Origin: a virus
Length of the DNA: 64,000 bases
Strand: one strand, 5' to 3'
IMG/VR virus record: IMGVR_UViG_3300030107_002332
Position 1 is the stretch's first letter, and every line of letters starts with the position of its first letter. Positions 45,119-58,300 of this stretch are shown here, one piece after another. A model generated the notes under the pieces. It saw only the letters and a list, made by a program, of their open reading frames with translations. It did not search any database and was not told the origin of the DNA. The position numbers and the translations under genes are program-made.

Positions 45119-46342
45119 TTATGCTACGTTGATTGTGCCATTCATGGCAGCGTGTAATGTACATTGATAATAAAGTGTTGCAGGAGCATCCATTGGTACA
45201 GTCCAATAGAGCACTGTTGTTCCACTACCACTTTGTCCAGTAGTATAAGGAGTACCAGCTAAACCTTGAGTACTCTGAATCCTAAAGGGGTGACCACCAC
45301 CTTGGATTGAGTTATCAAATGCATAGGTAAATCCTTTATACACAGTGAAAGTAGGATCATTTACAACCCCACTAAATCCTGGTCCAGAAACTGTATAATC
45401 TCCAGTTCCTACTGCATTCAACTCAAACCAAATAAGTGGACTTCTATTAGGTTTCCAAACAGAACCATCATAAAATACTGAATCTCCTTGAGTAATACCA
45501 GCAATATCAGTGTCAGTTAGAGCAGCAAATGTTGTTGTTAAAGTTCCAGAGAAATCAACTGTTACCGTATCTCCAGCAACAGATGTAGTGATATTAGTAC
45601 CACCAGCAATAGTCAATGTATCTGTTTGAGTATTTGCTGTTGTGTTACCAGTATCTCCAGCAACAGTAGCAAATAAATTAATAGATGCAATACCAGATGC
45701 ATCATCACCAGGTTTCCACTTACTTGCTGTAGAATCCCATTTCAAAACTTGGTTATTAGTAGGAGCAACCGTAGTAGTATCAACGTCTACTAAATCATTA
45801 GCACCTGAATATTGTGTTAAAAGTTTTGCTTTTGTATTACCTACACCACCAGCAGTGATATTAATATTAACATATGGATTATCATCACCACTTACAGTAT
45901 AAAAAATTCCTCTATAATCTGCTTCAGCAGGAGCAACACCTGTACTTGCATACTCATTCTTATACTTTAGTTTAGTCGGGAAATCGATGTCTCCAGTCGT
46001 ACCATTAAAACTATTAGTGATACCCCCAACACCGAGAGTAAGGTTGCCTGTTCCGTTGGTAGCGATATTAATGTTTCCATTAGACGAGGATATGATAGAA
46101 CTTCCATTTACGTCTAAATTAGCAGTTAAGTTTGTATAATCTGAAGGTAAGAATGTTGACCCATTATAGCGCAAAACTTGTCCAGTCGCAGGGTTAGTGG
46201 TATTAACAGTTAATGTTGTACCATTACCTAACGCAGCATAGACTTCATCGAAATTGTCGTTAATCTTGTCTCCACCTGCTCGAAGGGTATCACCCGTATT
46301 ATCGTTAGCATTCGTTCCAAGACTTAATGATTGTTTAGCCAT
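45119..46342 (-). CDS. Baseplate tail-fibre connector-like protein (gp9/gp10-type N-terminus) with a C-terminal cupredoxin-like domain
   Basis: MAKQSLSLG..AND.TGD.LR.GG.KINDNF.EVY is the gp9/gp10-type N-terminus; C-terminus HPF...LYYQCTLHAAMNGTINV. Confidence 0.75.
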   Translation of the reverse strand: MAKQSLSLGTNANDNTGDTLRAGGDKINDNFDEVYAALGNGTTLTVNTTNPATGQVLRYNGSTFLPSDYTNLTANLDVNGSSIISSSNGNINIATNGTGNLTLGVGGITNSFNGTTGDIDFPTKLKYKNEYASTGVAPAEADYRGIFYTVSGDDNPYVNINITAGGVGNTKAKLLTQYSGANDLVDVDTTTVAPTNNQVLKWDSTASKWKPGDDASGIASINLFATVAGDTGNTTANTQTDTLTIAGGTNITTSVAGDTVTVDFSGTLTTTFAALTDTDIAGITQGDSVFYDGSVWKPNRSPLIWFELNAVGTGDYTVSGPGFSGVVNDPTFTVYKGFTYAFDNSIQGGGHPFRIQSTQGLAGTPYTTGQSGSGTTVLYWTVPMDAPATLYYQCTLHAAMNGTINVA

Positions 46343-46362
46343 TACTCGCTACAATTTTTAGT

Positions 46363-46370
46363 TATTTATA
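46363..46370 (-). promoter_or_regulatory. T4-type late promoter TATAAATA
   Basis: Exact consensus overlapping the giant gene's stop, 21 nt upstream of the ATG at 46342. Confidence 0.75.
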
Positions 46371-49300
46371 AAGGTGTCTCAGGGTCAACTGGTTCTTCAC
46401 CATATAGACTTAGATCAGGAGCAGTCCAATCATCAGGAACTGATGTTTCAACTGCGATAGTTGGATTCGCATATCCAGATCCAGGATTACTAACTTCAAC
46501 ACCACCAACTCCAACAAGAGCTCGTATAGCACCCTCAAATCCAGATATAGAGTCAATTCTTACAGTTGGTCTGGTAGTATATCCAGATCCACCTGAGGTA
46601 ACTTGTACATCCTTAAGTGTGCCAGAAGTTAGATTTGCGTTTGCAATCGCACCTGAACCAAATACAGATCCAAGATAATCGAAGGTAATTAGTGAGTTAG
46701 AGGATTCAATAACAGCAACTTCTCTATCTGAAGTCTCACCTTGGATGTCAATAAAGTCACCAGGTTCGACTGGAGGTACAACCTCAGCAGCGTCAACGTC
46801 TGCTTCAGAACCAACGTAGGAGAATGCAACGAATGTTGATCCCACACGAGGAATTTCAGAGAATAGAATTCTTGAACCAACAATCTCAAATCCAATTCCA
46901 GGTTCCTGTATAACACCATTCAGTGAAACGATGATGTTATTTTCTGGACGTATGGTAGAAGATTGTACACCCTCAGTTAGCGTTAGTGAGTAGAATACGT
47001 CATTACGCTTGAGGTTAAATGACTGACGTAAGGAGTCGAACTCGAATGAAATATCATCCAACTGTCTCAACTTACCTACGTAGAATCCTGTGAATGATGC
47101 TCCTAAATCTGGTGCCTCTTGGAATTGAATCTCATCAGAGAACGCTGTATATGCGTTAGATGCACCTGGAGGTTGTAGAATACCATTAATGAATACAAGT
47201 AGATGTCCTGCAGGATCTGGTAGATATGGAGTACCATTTTGCTGAGTTAACTTGAAGTTTGTAGTAGTTCCATCAAATCCCTTGAATGAACGCTTAACAC
47301 GTGCCTTGAGACTTACTATATCTTCAATAACTGAAGCATATCCGTCTGGACCTTTAATAGAATCCTTAGGATCAAAGGTACCTTTGATACTTGAAAGATA
47401 AAGTCTTCTATTAACACCAACTGTTCTAATGTCCTGAACAACTGCAGCTGCAGCACCAGCAGTAGTAACCTTAGTGTTAATACTTGCGTAACCAACTGGG
47501 TTAGATAAACCAGCACCATAGTCACCTACAACATCACCGTTAGTAATGGTTCCTTGATACTCTTGCATATAGATGAAACTATTATCAAGATCAACTGCAG
47601 TAATAATACCGTAAGTATTCTGGTCTTGTATACCAGATACAACCTTATAAAGTCTGTTACCAACAGTGAAGTTGTTAAGACCACTAAGGACTGTAACACC
47701 AAGTCTTATGTAACCATTAGATGCGATTCTTGCACCAACACCTATATCAAGTCCAGCATACTTGACAACATCAAGATACTGTCTGGAAGATTCAGGATAA
47801 ACAACAGCAGTAGTTTCAAATGTACCTGTAAGAGTTGCGGTATCAACTGTTAGAGTACCACCAGTATTATCTAATGTAGCAGCCTCTCTTCTAAGGAATC
47901 CAGTAGGAGTTGCGGTAGCACCTGAAGTATATCCCTTAAATGGAACATTATCTTCAAATTCACCCTTAAGGTCGATAACATGAATTCTACTTTCTATAGC
48001 ACTAATCTGAGCAGTTGTGGAGTTTTCAGCACCAACAACATTATCAGTGATAGCCCAAGGTCCAGCAGTTACCTTAACATCAAGATACTTGTAGTTGGCA
48101 TCTGACCAGAAACCATATACAACACCAGTGATTGAAGGTGCACCTTGCTTGGCAACAGTCTCACCCATAGTGTAAGGACCATCAGTGATATCACCATCAA
48201 TTCTAAATCTTTGGAACACCTGTACGATCTTACCTTCATTTAAGGTAAGATTTTCAAGTTCACCGTATGTGTTACTTAATAAACCATACATGTAATCAGC
48301 ATTCTGTATACCACCACCAACACCTTGAGGAATTGATCTTGTTCCATATGTCTTAGTTGGTAGAGAAACACCATTTACACTAATGTAATTAGTATAAGAT
48401 GAATCAACAGTTAATTGCTGACGAATAATATCGAGACAGTATCTAACTATAGCACTTGCTGAATCTGCATCATACCATGCAGCAGCTTCATCATAGAATG
48501 CTTTATAGAAACCAGAATTAGGTGATGGAGAAGTTAGACCATTATTAAGTGCCTGAGACATATAAGTCTCCATCAAATCTAAAGCATAATTCTTAATATT
48601 ATACTCAGCGTCAGAATAGAAGATCTTAGCATCTTGAGATTGATATGGATCTAAGGCATTCTTATTGAGTTTAGCACCCCAGACATAAAGTCCATCACTA
48701 TTATTACCAGCGTATGTTTGAGCACCAGAGGCATTCTTAACATAAACTTGTGCTCTCATTTCTGCGAAACCGAAGGAGAATGTTAGAGTAATATATGCTC
48801 TATACCATCCATCTCCAAGAGGTACAACACCGTATGCATCACCAGTTACACCATTTTGAGGTGTGAATAATGTTCCAACTACACCTGTGTCAAGTGCAAC
48901 ATCAAAGAATGCATTCTGAACAGCAGCAGTGCCATAGTTCAGTGATAACATTACACGAGCGTTATCATATTCACCCTTCTTAAGGAAGACGGAATATGTG
49001 TATTGCTGTGTAGGAGATGTTCCAGAAGCACCTTCGTCAAATCTTTGATTGTTTGCGTCCCACTTGATAGTATCATCATCAAATGTATCATAAGCAGATA
49101 GATTATAAACTCTATGAATTGTATGATCTGCGTTAGTAGAAGAAGCAATTAATTTATCAGCAGTTAATGTTCCATCAGGAGCAAGTAGAGCATCATCAGT
49201 AAATGAAACCTCAGTACCAGTCCAATTAATTGAGAATTGCTCTGGGTTAGTGAGTAGGTTAGTACCAGCAAGTTGACCACTTACATTAGAAGTGATAAGT

Positions 49301-52300
49301 CTTGCACTACCAAGTGTCTTAACATTAGAAACACTATCGTACCACTTGTAACTATTACCAATACCAGCAGGATCAATAGTTGCAGTTGCACCAGAATCGT
49401 TACCTGTTAATACATCATAATCCTTCCATTCTGTACCAGTAACAGTACTGCATACGAAGAATTCTGTATCGATATTATATTCACGAACTATTGCAGTACC
49501 ACCACCATCAGATGTAACTGTTTCACCAACTTTAAAGTTACCAGTTATATCACCAATAGCAATATTACGAGCAACTGAATTCTTAGTCATATCAGTTGTG
49601 ATAATATCATGAACGGTATCATCTACAAGTTGATCAATGAATGTATTATAAGTCCAAGCACCAGCACCAAACTGTGAATTAACTAGAGTTGTAATCTCCT
49701 CTTTATAGTAATTTCTGTTGTAAAGTAAGTTCTTAGCAGCACCCCGTCCCTCCATCTTAGCAGGAGCAAGAATATCAACTGCTAAATCAGTTAATTCTTC
49801 TAATCTACGAACTACATCTTCAATTGCTACTGGAGATAAAGAATCTGTATAAGGAGCTTCATCTGTATGTTGAGCAACATATTGTTGAGCAGTTGAAGTT
49901 CCATTAAGAGCAACTAAACGATTTCTAAGTGCATGCTCACCAATAATCTTAATTTGTTCAATACCATAAACTGTTGCTAATAGTTCAGTTTCAACATGAT
50001 TTAAGTTTCCTGCGGAAGTTAAGTAGTATTCCATAGCAGCAACGGTACTATTATTACCACCTGTCTGAAGGTCAGAAATAATACCAAGAATGATTAACTT
50101 AATATCTCTTTGACACTTACCTTCACCTAAAGCACCCTCTGGATAAGTATGTGCATTATAGTTTACACTGTTAAGTACATAAGTGAACTCAGCAGTTATT
50201 AATCCTGTAATCTCCTCTGCAATATATTTTCTATTGAAGTAAAGTCTATCAGCAGCGATAGCATAATCATTATCTGTAGGAGCAATAATATCATTAACAG
50301 ATGTAACTAAAGTATCGATAGCAGACTTAACGTTTGCACATCCACCACCATCTTGAGTAATACCCCAATCACCAACAATAATATCATCAGTATTATCATA
50401 AGTTAAATCACCAGTAATTGCTTGCTTCATGTAATGAGCAAGACGATTATGTGCATAAACTGACTGGAATACTTGTAATCTGATGTGTAATAGAACATCA
50501 TTAGTACCAAGATAGAACTTACCAACATTAGTACTATTCAAGTTACCACCATCTTCAATATCTTTACAGAACTCTTCAAGGAGTAATGTTAAGTCAGTCT
50601 TACATTGTAAAGTACCATCTTGAGTACCACCTACGTTACGAGGCATTTCAAGTACAAGATCTGGATATAATGTAAGCATATCGTGAGATGTCTTATCTAC
50701 GATAGGTCCAGTATTTGCACGAATTAATGCAGCAGCATCTCTAAATCTGTTGCGTGTAGTCTCATCAATTTGATTAGTAACAATGATATCATTAGTAGCA
50801 TCATGATAAGAAATTGGGAATGGAACCTCATAGTATGCACTAACTTTACCACCAAGGAAATCATGCTTAGGAGTTAACTTAGTAACAGTTGCAAGATGAT
50901 CTACAGCAGGTGATAGATTTGCTTGAGTGACAGTATCAACCAAGATATCCATCAAGTTATCAATAGTTGTGTATACATCAGTACAATCTGCCCAACTGTA
51001 ATCTAATACTGAAACAGCATTATTTGCAATAGAAACTAACTGATGAGTATTCTTAACTTTCTTAACAGCACCATACTTAGCAGAAACAAATGTATGTGCA
51101 GACTGTGGTAAGAAGGCTACAGCGTTAGTTGTAGCACTTACGAATGTATGAGTGTAATCTCCACCAGAACTAATTACTGCTCTCTTGATTCCATTAGCAG
51201 TTGCAGACTGGAATGCATGAGACATAACGTTAGTTGATGGTACTGCATCAAGAACCTGAACGTCAAATGTATTTGTAGTAACTCCAGAAATAGTAACCCA
51301 CTTACCACTAACAGGATCACTCTTTCTTGGATAAGTCTTAGTTACAGTATTACCATCAAGAGCACAAGTAAATGATAGTGAATTATCAGCGATCTTGACT
51401 TTCTCACCGTTAACGAATCCATGATTAGCAACTGTGATTGTCATAACACCTGTAGTTGGGTTATATGCAGCATTAGTTGCTGTAAAGTCGCTATTAGCAC
51501 TAACGAATGTGTGAGCAGTTGTGTTAGAAGATGTACCAACATTAACTGTAATTGTGTTACCTGTTACAGCAGTAATGTTAACAGCATCGTTGTATGCTGG
51601 ATCATCAGCAGATGCACCACCCTGACCGTTTGCACGAGGATAAGTATGGTTAGAACCATGACTATCTTGAGCACAAGTAAAGGTTAATGAATTATTAGCA
51701 ATTCTTATTGATGTACCAACTGTAAGATTATGGTCACCAATTGTTAGAACTAATAAACCAGAAGCAGGAGTAAAGCTTGCAGCAGATACTTCATGACCGA
51801 TAATAGGTGAAGAACCAACATTAACTGTAATTACACCAGTCTTTCTTCTAAGTCCCTTTGTAGCAAATGACTTGAATGTATGAGTTGTTGTATCAGAAGA
51901 AATACCAAAGTTAACATCAAATGTATTAGTTGCAACGTTGGATATTTGCATCCACTTATTCTGATAAGGATCAGTTGCTCTTGGATATGAATGATCTGTT
52001 TGATTTCCATCTAAAGAACATGTCATAGTTAAAGCATTATCAACAATCATTACCCAATCACCGTTAGACCATCCATGATTAGCAAGAGTGATTGTTGCAG
52101 CACCTGTTGCTGGAGTGTATGAAACGTTAGTTGGTGTATGATGTGTATGTCCTACATGCTTAACAGGAATAGACTTAAGATTACCATAAGGATCTGTTGA
52201 ACGAGGATAAGTCTTATTAGAAGATCCTCCATCCATTGTGCAATTAAATGTTAATCCATTATTTGCAACTGTAATACTTGATCCAACACTGATACCATGA

Positions 52301-55300
52301 CCACTACCAATAGTTAGAGTCATATCACCAGTATAAGCATCATAAGTTGCTGCAGAAGGTGTAAATGTCTGGTTAGTACCAGCAGGATTTACATTAACTG
52401 TAATTGTTCCAGTTTGTCTCTTAACACCACCAGAAGTAGCAGATACAAATGTATGAGCAGTTATGTTAGAAGAAATACCAACATTAACTTCAAATGTATC
52501 AGCAGTGATAGCAAAGATATCCAACCATCTATTATAAGTTGGATCAGTTACTCTTGGATAAGCATGGTTAGAACCATTACTGTCTTGAGCACAAGTAAAG
52601 GTTATTGCATCAGCATCAAACTTAACTCTATCACCAGCAACTAATCCATGTGAAGCAGATGTAATTCTTAAAATACCAGTTGTAGGTTCATAGTTAGCAG
52701 TTGAAGGAGTAAGACTTGAAGTACCAACAGAAGCAACAGGTATCGCTTTTGCAGAGAACTCATCTTTATTAGTACGAGGATAAGTCTTATTAGCTTGATT
52801 GTTATCCATTGCACAAGTGAATGTCAATGAATTATCATCAATAGTAATACTATCATCGTCTGTTATATCATGTGATCCAATAGTTAATACTAAGTTACCA
52901 GTAGCAGGATCATATGTTGCAGCAGTTGGAGTATATGGTTGATCAATAGTATCACCAAGAGACTTACCAATATCAACAGTAAATGTATTTGTTGTTGCCT
53001 TTCTTACTCTTAGAGCAGAAGTATAAGCAGGATCTGTGACACGAGGATATGCATGATCTGTTCTCTTACCATCGATATGACATCTGAAGGTTAATGAACC
53101 AGCATCAAGTTTAATTGCATCACCCATCTTATGAATACCATTTGCCTTAGCAGATACAAATGTATGGGTATAGTCACCACCAGTACTTACTACAGATCTG
53201 GTAATACATCCAGTAGTAGCAGATACAAATGCGTGTGTTGTAGTATTAGTTGGGGATGTTCCTTGTAGAACATTGATAGTAAATGTATTTGTTGTTACAG
53301 CAGTAATTGGAACAAATCTGTTACTAATTGGGTCTGTAGATCTTGGATAAGCATGGTTTGTTGCATTACTATCCTCAGCACAAGTGAATGTTACTCCACC
53401 ATCAGCAATCTTAATATGCTCTCCAACCTTGAATCCATGATTATTAACAGTCAATACCATGTTACCAGTGGATGCTGTATATGAAACAGTTGATGGAGTA
53501 TAAGTGTTATTTGCGTCTATAAATGTATGATCGTAGTTACCACCAACAATTAGACCACCAGTCTTAGCAGATACAAATGCGTGTGTTGTAGTATTAGAAG
53601 AAGTATTAACATTCAGGGTAATAGTTCCATCCTGAACCTTGATACCATTAGATGTAGCACTTACATAAGTGTGTGCAAAATCACCAAATCCAGTAATACC
53701 AACATTAACATCAAATGTGTTAGTTGTGGAAGCAACAATAGGAGTCCATTGGTTAGCAACTGGGTCGGTAGCACGAGGATAAGTATGGTTTGTTGCATTA
53801 CTATCTCTTGTGCAAGTAAAGGTTAATGAATCAGCATCAAACTTAACTTGACTATTTGCCTTCATAACACCATTAGTTGTGGCAGATATGAACGCATGAG
53901 TTGATTGATCATTTGCAACACCAATATTAACATCGAATGTATTGGTTGTTACATTTTGAACAGTCAACCACTTGAGGTATGAAGGATCAGTAGCACGAGG
54001 ATATGAATGTTGTGATTCATGATTATCCTTATTGCAACTGAATGTTAAAGCACCTTCTTTAATTAAAATTCTATCTCCATTAGTATATCCATGACTTGAT
54101 TTTGTCAAAGTCAGAACACCTGTTGCTGGTACATATACAGCACCAGTTGGTGTAATCTCTGAAGCAGCAGTCAAACCATGACCATTGCTAGTGATTTGTA
54201 GAACACCTGTAGTAGGAGCATAAGTTGCACCTGTAGCAGTCTTATTGGAAGTACCAACAGCAGAGATCTCGATAGGAGCGTCATATGCTCTATCTCTCTT
54301 TTGCTTGATGCAGTTTGTAACAGCAGATACAAATGCATGAGTAGAAGTATTAGTAGAAGGTATAGTCTGTAATACTTGTACTGTAAATGTGTTTGTAGTT
54401 ACAGCAGAAACTTTCAACCACTTACCGCTAACTGGATCAGTTGATCTTGGGTAAGTATGGTTAGTTTGGTTATTATCTAACTGACATGTAAATGTAAGTG
54501 AATTATCATCTATCTTAATCCAATCACCAACTCTAACACCGTGAGAGTTAACTGTGAATACTAAGAGACCTGTTGTACCACTATATGTCGCAGTAGATGG
54601 TGTGAACTCATCTATAAATGGTCTTGGATAAGAGTGGTTAGATGCATTGCTATCTTCAGCACATGTGAATGTTAATGCTCTATCAACTAATCTAACTGTT
54701 TGACCAACGTTTAAATTATGTGTTCCAACTGTCAATACTAAGTTACCATTTGCAGGAGTATATGCTGCATTGGTCATATCATGCTTCACAGTAGGTGACT
54801 TACCTACATCAATACTAATAGATCCATCTTGCTTAACGATACCATTAGGATATGCAGACTTAAATGTATGAGCAGACTTATCTGGAGATACACCAACATT
54901 AACAGTAAATGTCTTATCTGTTAGAGAATTAATTCTCAACCATCTTCTATAGAATGGATCTGTAGATCTTGGATAAGCATGATCAGTAGCGTTATTATCT
55001 TTCTCACATGTAAATGTTAGAGACTTCTCAGCAATTCTGATCTTATCACCAACAGAATAACCGTGCTTATCAGATAGAACACTGTTATTTCTTGCACTTA
55101 CGAATGTATGAGTATAGTCACCACCAGTTGTCACAACTGCTCTTGTTACACAGTTAGCAGCAGCAGAAACGAAACTATGAGTTGTAGTATTTGTTGAAGG
55201 TACTACATCAAGAACTTGGATAGTGAATGTATTTGTAGTTACTGATTGAATATCAATAAACTTACCGCTAATTGGGTCAGTAGTTCTTGGATAGGTATGA

Positions 55301-58300
55301 TTAGTAGCATTGTTATCCTTACCACATGTAAATGTTAATGAGTTGTCAGCAATCTTAATCTTCTGTCCAGCTAACATTCCATGACCTGCAACAGTAAATG
55401 CTAATAAACCGTTAGTTGGGTTGTAAGTAACAGAAGTTGGAGTTAATGTTCCTGCTTTTGGTACAAATGTATGAGTACCAGCAGTTGCATCATTAGCAGT
55501 TCCAACATTGACTGTAATTGATGTTGAGGTTACAGCAGTAATTGTTGTTGCAGCATCATATACAGGGTCAGTAGTACGAGGATATTTGTGCTCAGTAGCA
55601 TTACTATCCTTAGTACATGTGAATGTTAAGGATGCAGGTTCAAATCTAACAGATGTACCAACAGTCAAACTATGACTACCGATAGTCATAACCATATCAC
55701 CTGTAGTAGGAGTATAGGTGACTGCTGATGGGTTAAAGGATACTAAAGGTGATGCACCAACATTAACATCAAATGTATTAGTTGTTACATTTGCAATGTT
55801 TATAAAGTCACCACTTAGAGGATCAGATGATCTTGGATAAGGGTGAAGAGTAGCATTATCATCCATATCACAAGTAAATGTGATTGCACCATCTTCAATC
55901 TTAACCTTATCACCAAGAACCATTCCATGATTAGGAACAGTTAATGTCATTATACCTGTTCTTGCAACATATGAAGCAAGTGTAGGAGTAAGGTTAGTAC
56001 CAGAAGTAATTGTTAAATCGCCTGTTGTAGGAGTATAACTTGCATTAGTTGCTGTACTATGAACTCCATCACTTACAATCTCAACTGAATCATTATAGAT
56101 TGGATCTGTTGTTCTTGGATAAGTCTTATACTCAGTAGTACCACCCATAGAGCACAAATACTTCAGAGAGTTATTTGCAATCTTAACATTGGTTCCTACT
56201 TCTAAACTATGATCTCCAATACCTAACTTCAACCAACCCGTCTCAGGATCATAAGTAGAGGATGTTGGAGTGAAACTCTTAATTGGTGATGGACCAACAT
56301 TAACATTAAATGTATTAGTTGTTACACCAGAGACTTCTAAGTATCCAGAACTTGCTTCGTCGGATATTCTGGGATAGGTGTGTTCAGACCTATCTTGGTC
56401 CATACTACACGTAAAAGTGAGTGAGTCATCAACAAGTTTGATTCTATCGCCATTTGAAAGTCCATGACTATTGCTCGTAATAGTTAATACACCAGTATTC
56501 GCTACGTATGCTGCATTAGACGCTGTAAGAGACGAGGCACCATTAATACCATGAGAAGACTTGGTTAATGTTAATTCACCTGTTGCAGGGTCATATACTG
56601 CTGATGTAGGAGTAATGGAAGTAAGTGAATTTGTTGTGGAATCAGTGATAGTAGTATCAGTTGTCTGAGTTAAACCATGATCACCTTGAACTTCCCAAAG
56701 AGTGTTGGTTCCAATGTACTGAACCATTTCCTGAGTCTTCTTAAATGCCCAAAGACTTTCAGTAACTTCACTCTTAATTTCTTTTAATTGGATAGGATTA
56801 GCAGTTCTATCAACATAGAATGCAGATGCATCCCAGATATGACTGTTACTACCGTTGCGAATATCATCTACAACACTCTTCAATACATCAACAATATCAT
56901 CAGCACAGTTAATAGATCCACCCTTAACAGTGAAGTTAGGGAATCTCTTCTTCATTAACCATACAACTTCTTGAGCAATAAAGTCTAAGTTTGCAAGTAC
57001 TAAATCGCCAGCGTTGATATATCTCTGAGTATTCTTATTAAATCCATTGTTGGCAATACCAACATTAACAGTAAGAGTTGTCCCTGAAACCGCAGTGATA
57101 GCAAGGGTTGTGTCGTATGCAGGGTCAGTTACTCTTGGATATGTATGAGAGGTTTGATGATTATCCTTAGAACAAGTGAAGGATAACTTATTAGCACCAA
57201 TCTTAAGAGTATCACTTGTTGTGAAACTATGAGAACCAATAGTTAATACCAAGTCTCCTGTATTAGGATCATATGTTGCATCAGTTACATCCTTCTGTAC
57301 ACTATTAGCAGTTATTGTAATAGCATTAACTGCAGTACTACCATTATAGATGTGCTTACCAGCAACATCTCTTACAGTTGCAAGAATAGCATCATTATTG
57401 AAGAATTCTCCTTCAGTAAATCCTTCTACACCAGACCAATCATCAATATAATTAACACCATCATTACCATCACAGTGTAATAGTAGTTTTGTATTAGCAT
57501 CACCTTGGAATATACCAGCAACAGGAGTAAATGCACCAGTATAACGGTTAGTTGTAGAAACTCTTACCTCATCAACATGACCAACAAATCCATTAGCACC
57601 ATTCCAATCAGCACCAATTCTTATTGGTTTAGCAACATAGGTTGTACTGTCAGTACCAGTTCCAGCTTCAACACCATTAATGTAGATCTTACCAGTTGTG
57701 CTGGACTTAACATATGCAATATGAGTCCATGTATTAGCAGAAATCGTTGTTGCACCTGAAGTTACAAGATCAGAATTATTAACATTTACACGAACTTGAC
57801 CTGCCTCTAAGTATAATCTGAAGGCAACTTCATTAGCACTACTTGCTCTTGTATCGAATATATCAGCAGTACCACTTACTGAAGCAGTAGCAGGACGGAT
57901 ATACATCTCAATAGTAAATGCACCAGATCCAAATGCTATTTCATCAGTAGATGCATTAACAATATAATCAGCAGCAGCAAATTCTAAAGATGCTGTTCCA
58001 AACTTCTTCTGTGCGGTATCGATAGCAGCAGCATTTTCAAAGGTAAAGTCAAAGTAATCTTCACCATTTGCTTTACATCTACCAATCTTACCAAGATAAA
58101 CAATATTACGTGCTTGATTAAATCCAATAACTTCAGCTTTAGTATCTCTGGTTCTAATTACTTGTCCAGTATTAAAGAATCCATCACCAATTCTATTAGT
58201 GAAACTTAATTTTCTAACTCTTCCATCTTCTCCAGCAATAAAATCACCATTACTATTACCATATTCAATCTTATAATTACGGATATTCTCATTTTCTACA

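Noticed and set aside
51030-56620. Regularly spaced DNA repeats (e.g. cttggata / acgaggata) that could mimic a CRISPR array
   Set aside because: They are degenerate codons of the YPR protein motif inside an open frame, with no fixed repeat/spacer lengths and no cas genes
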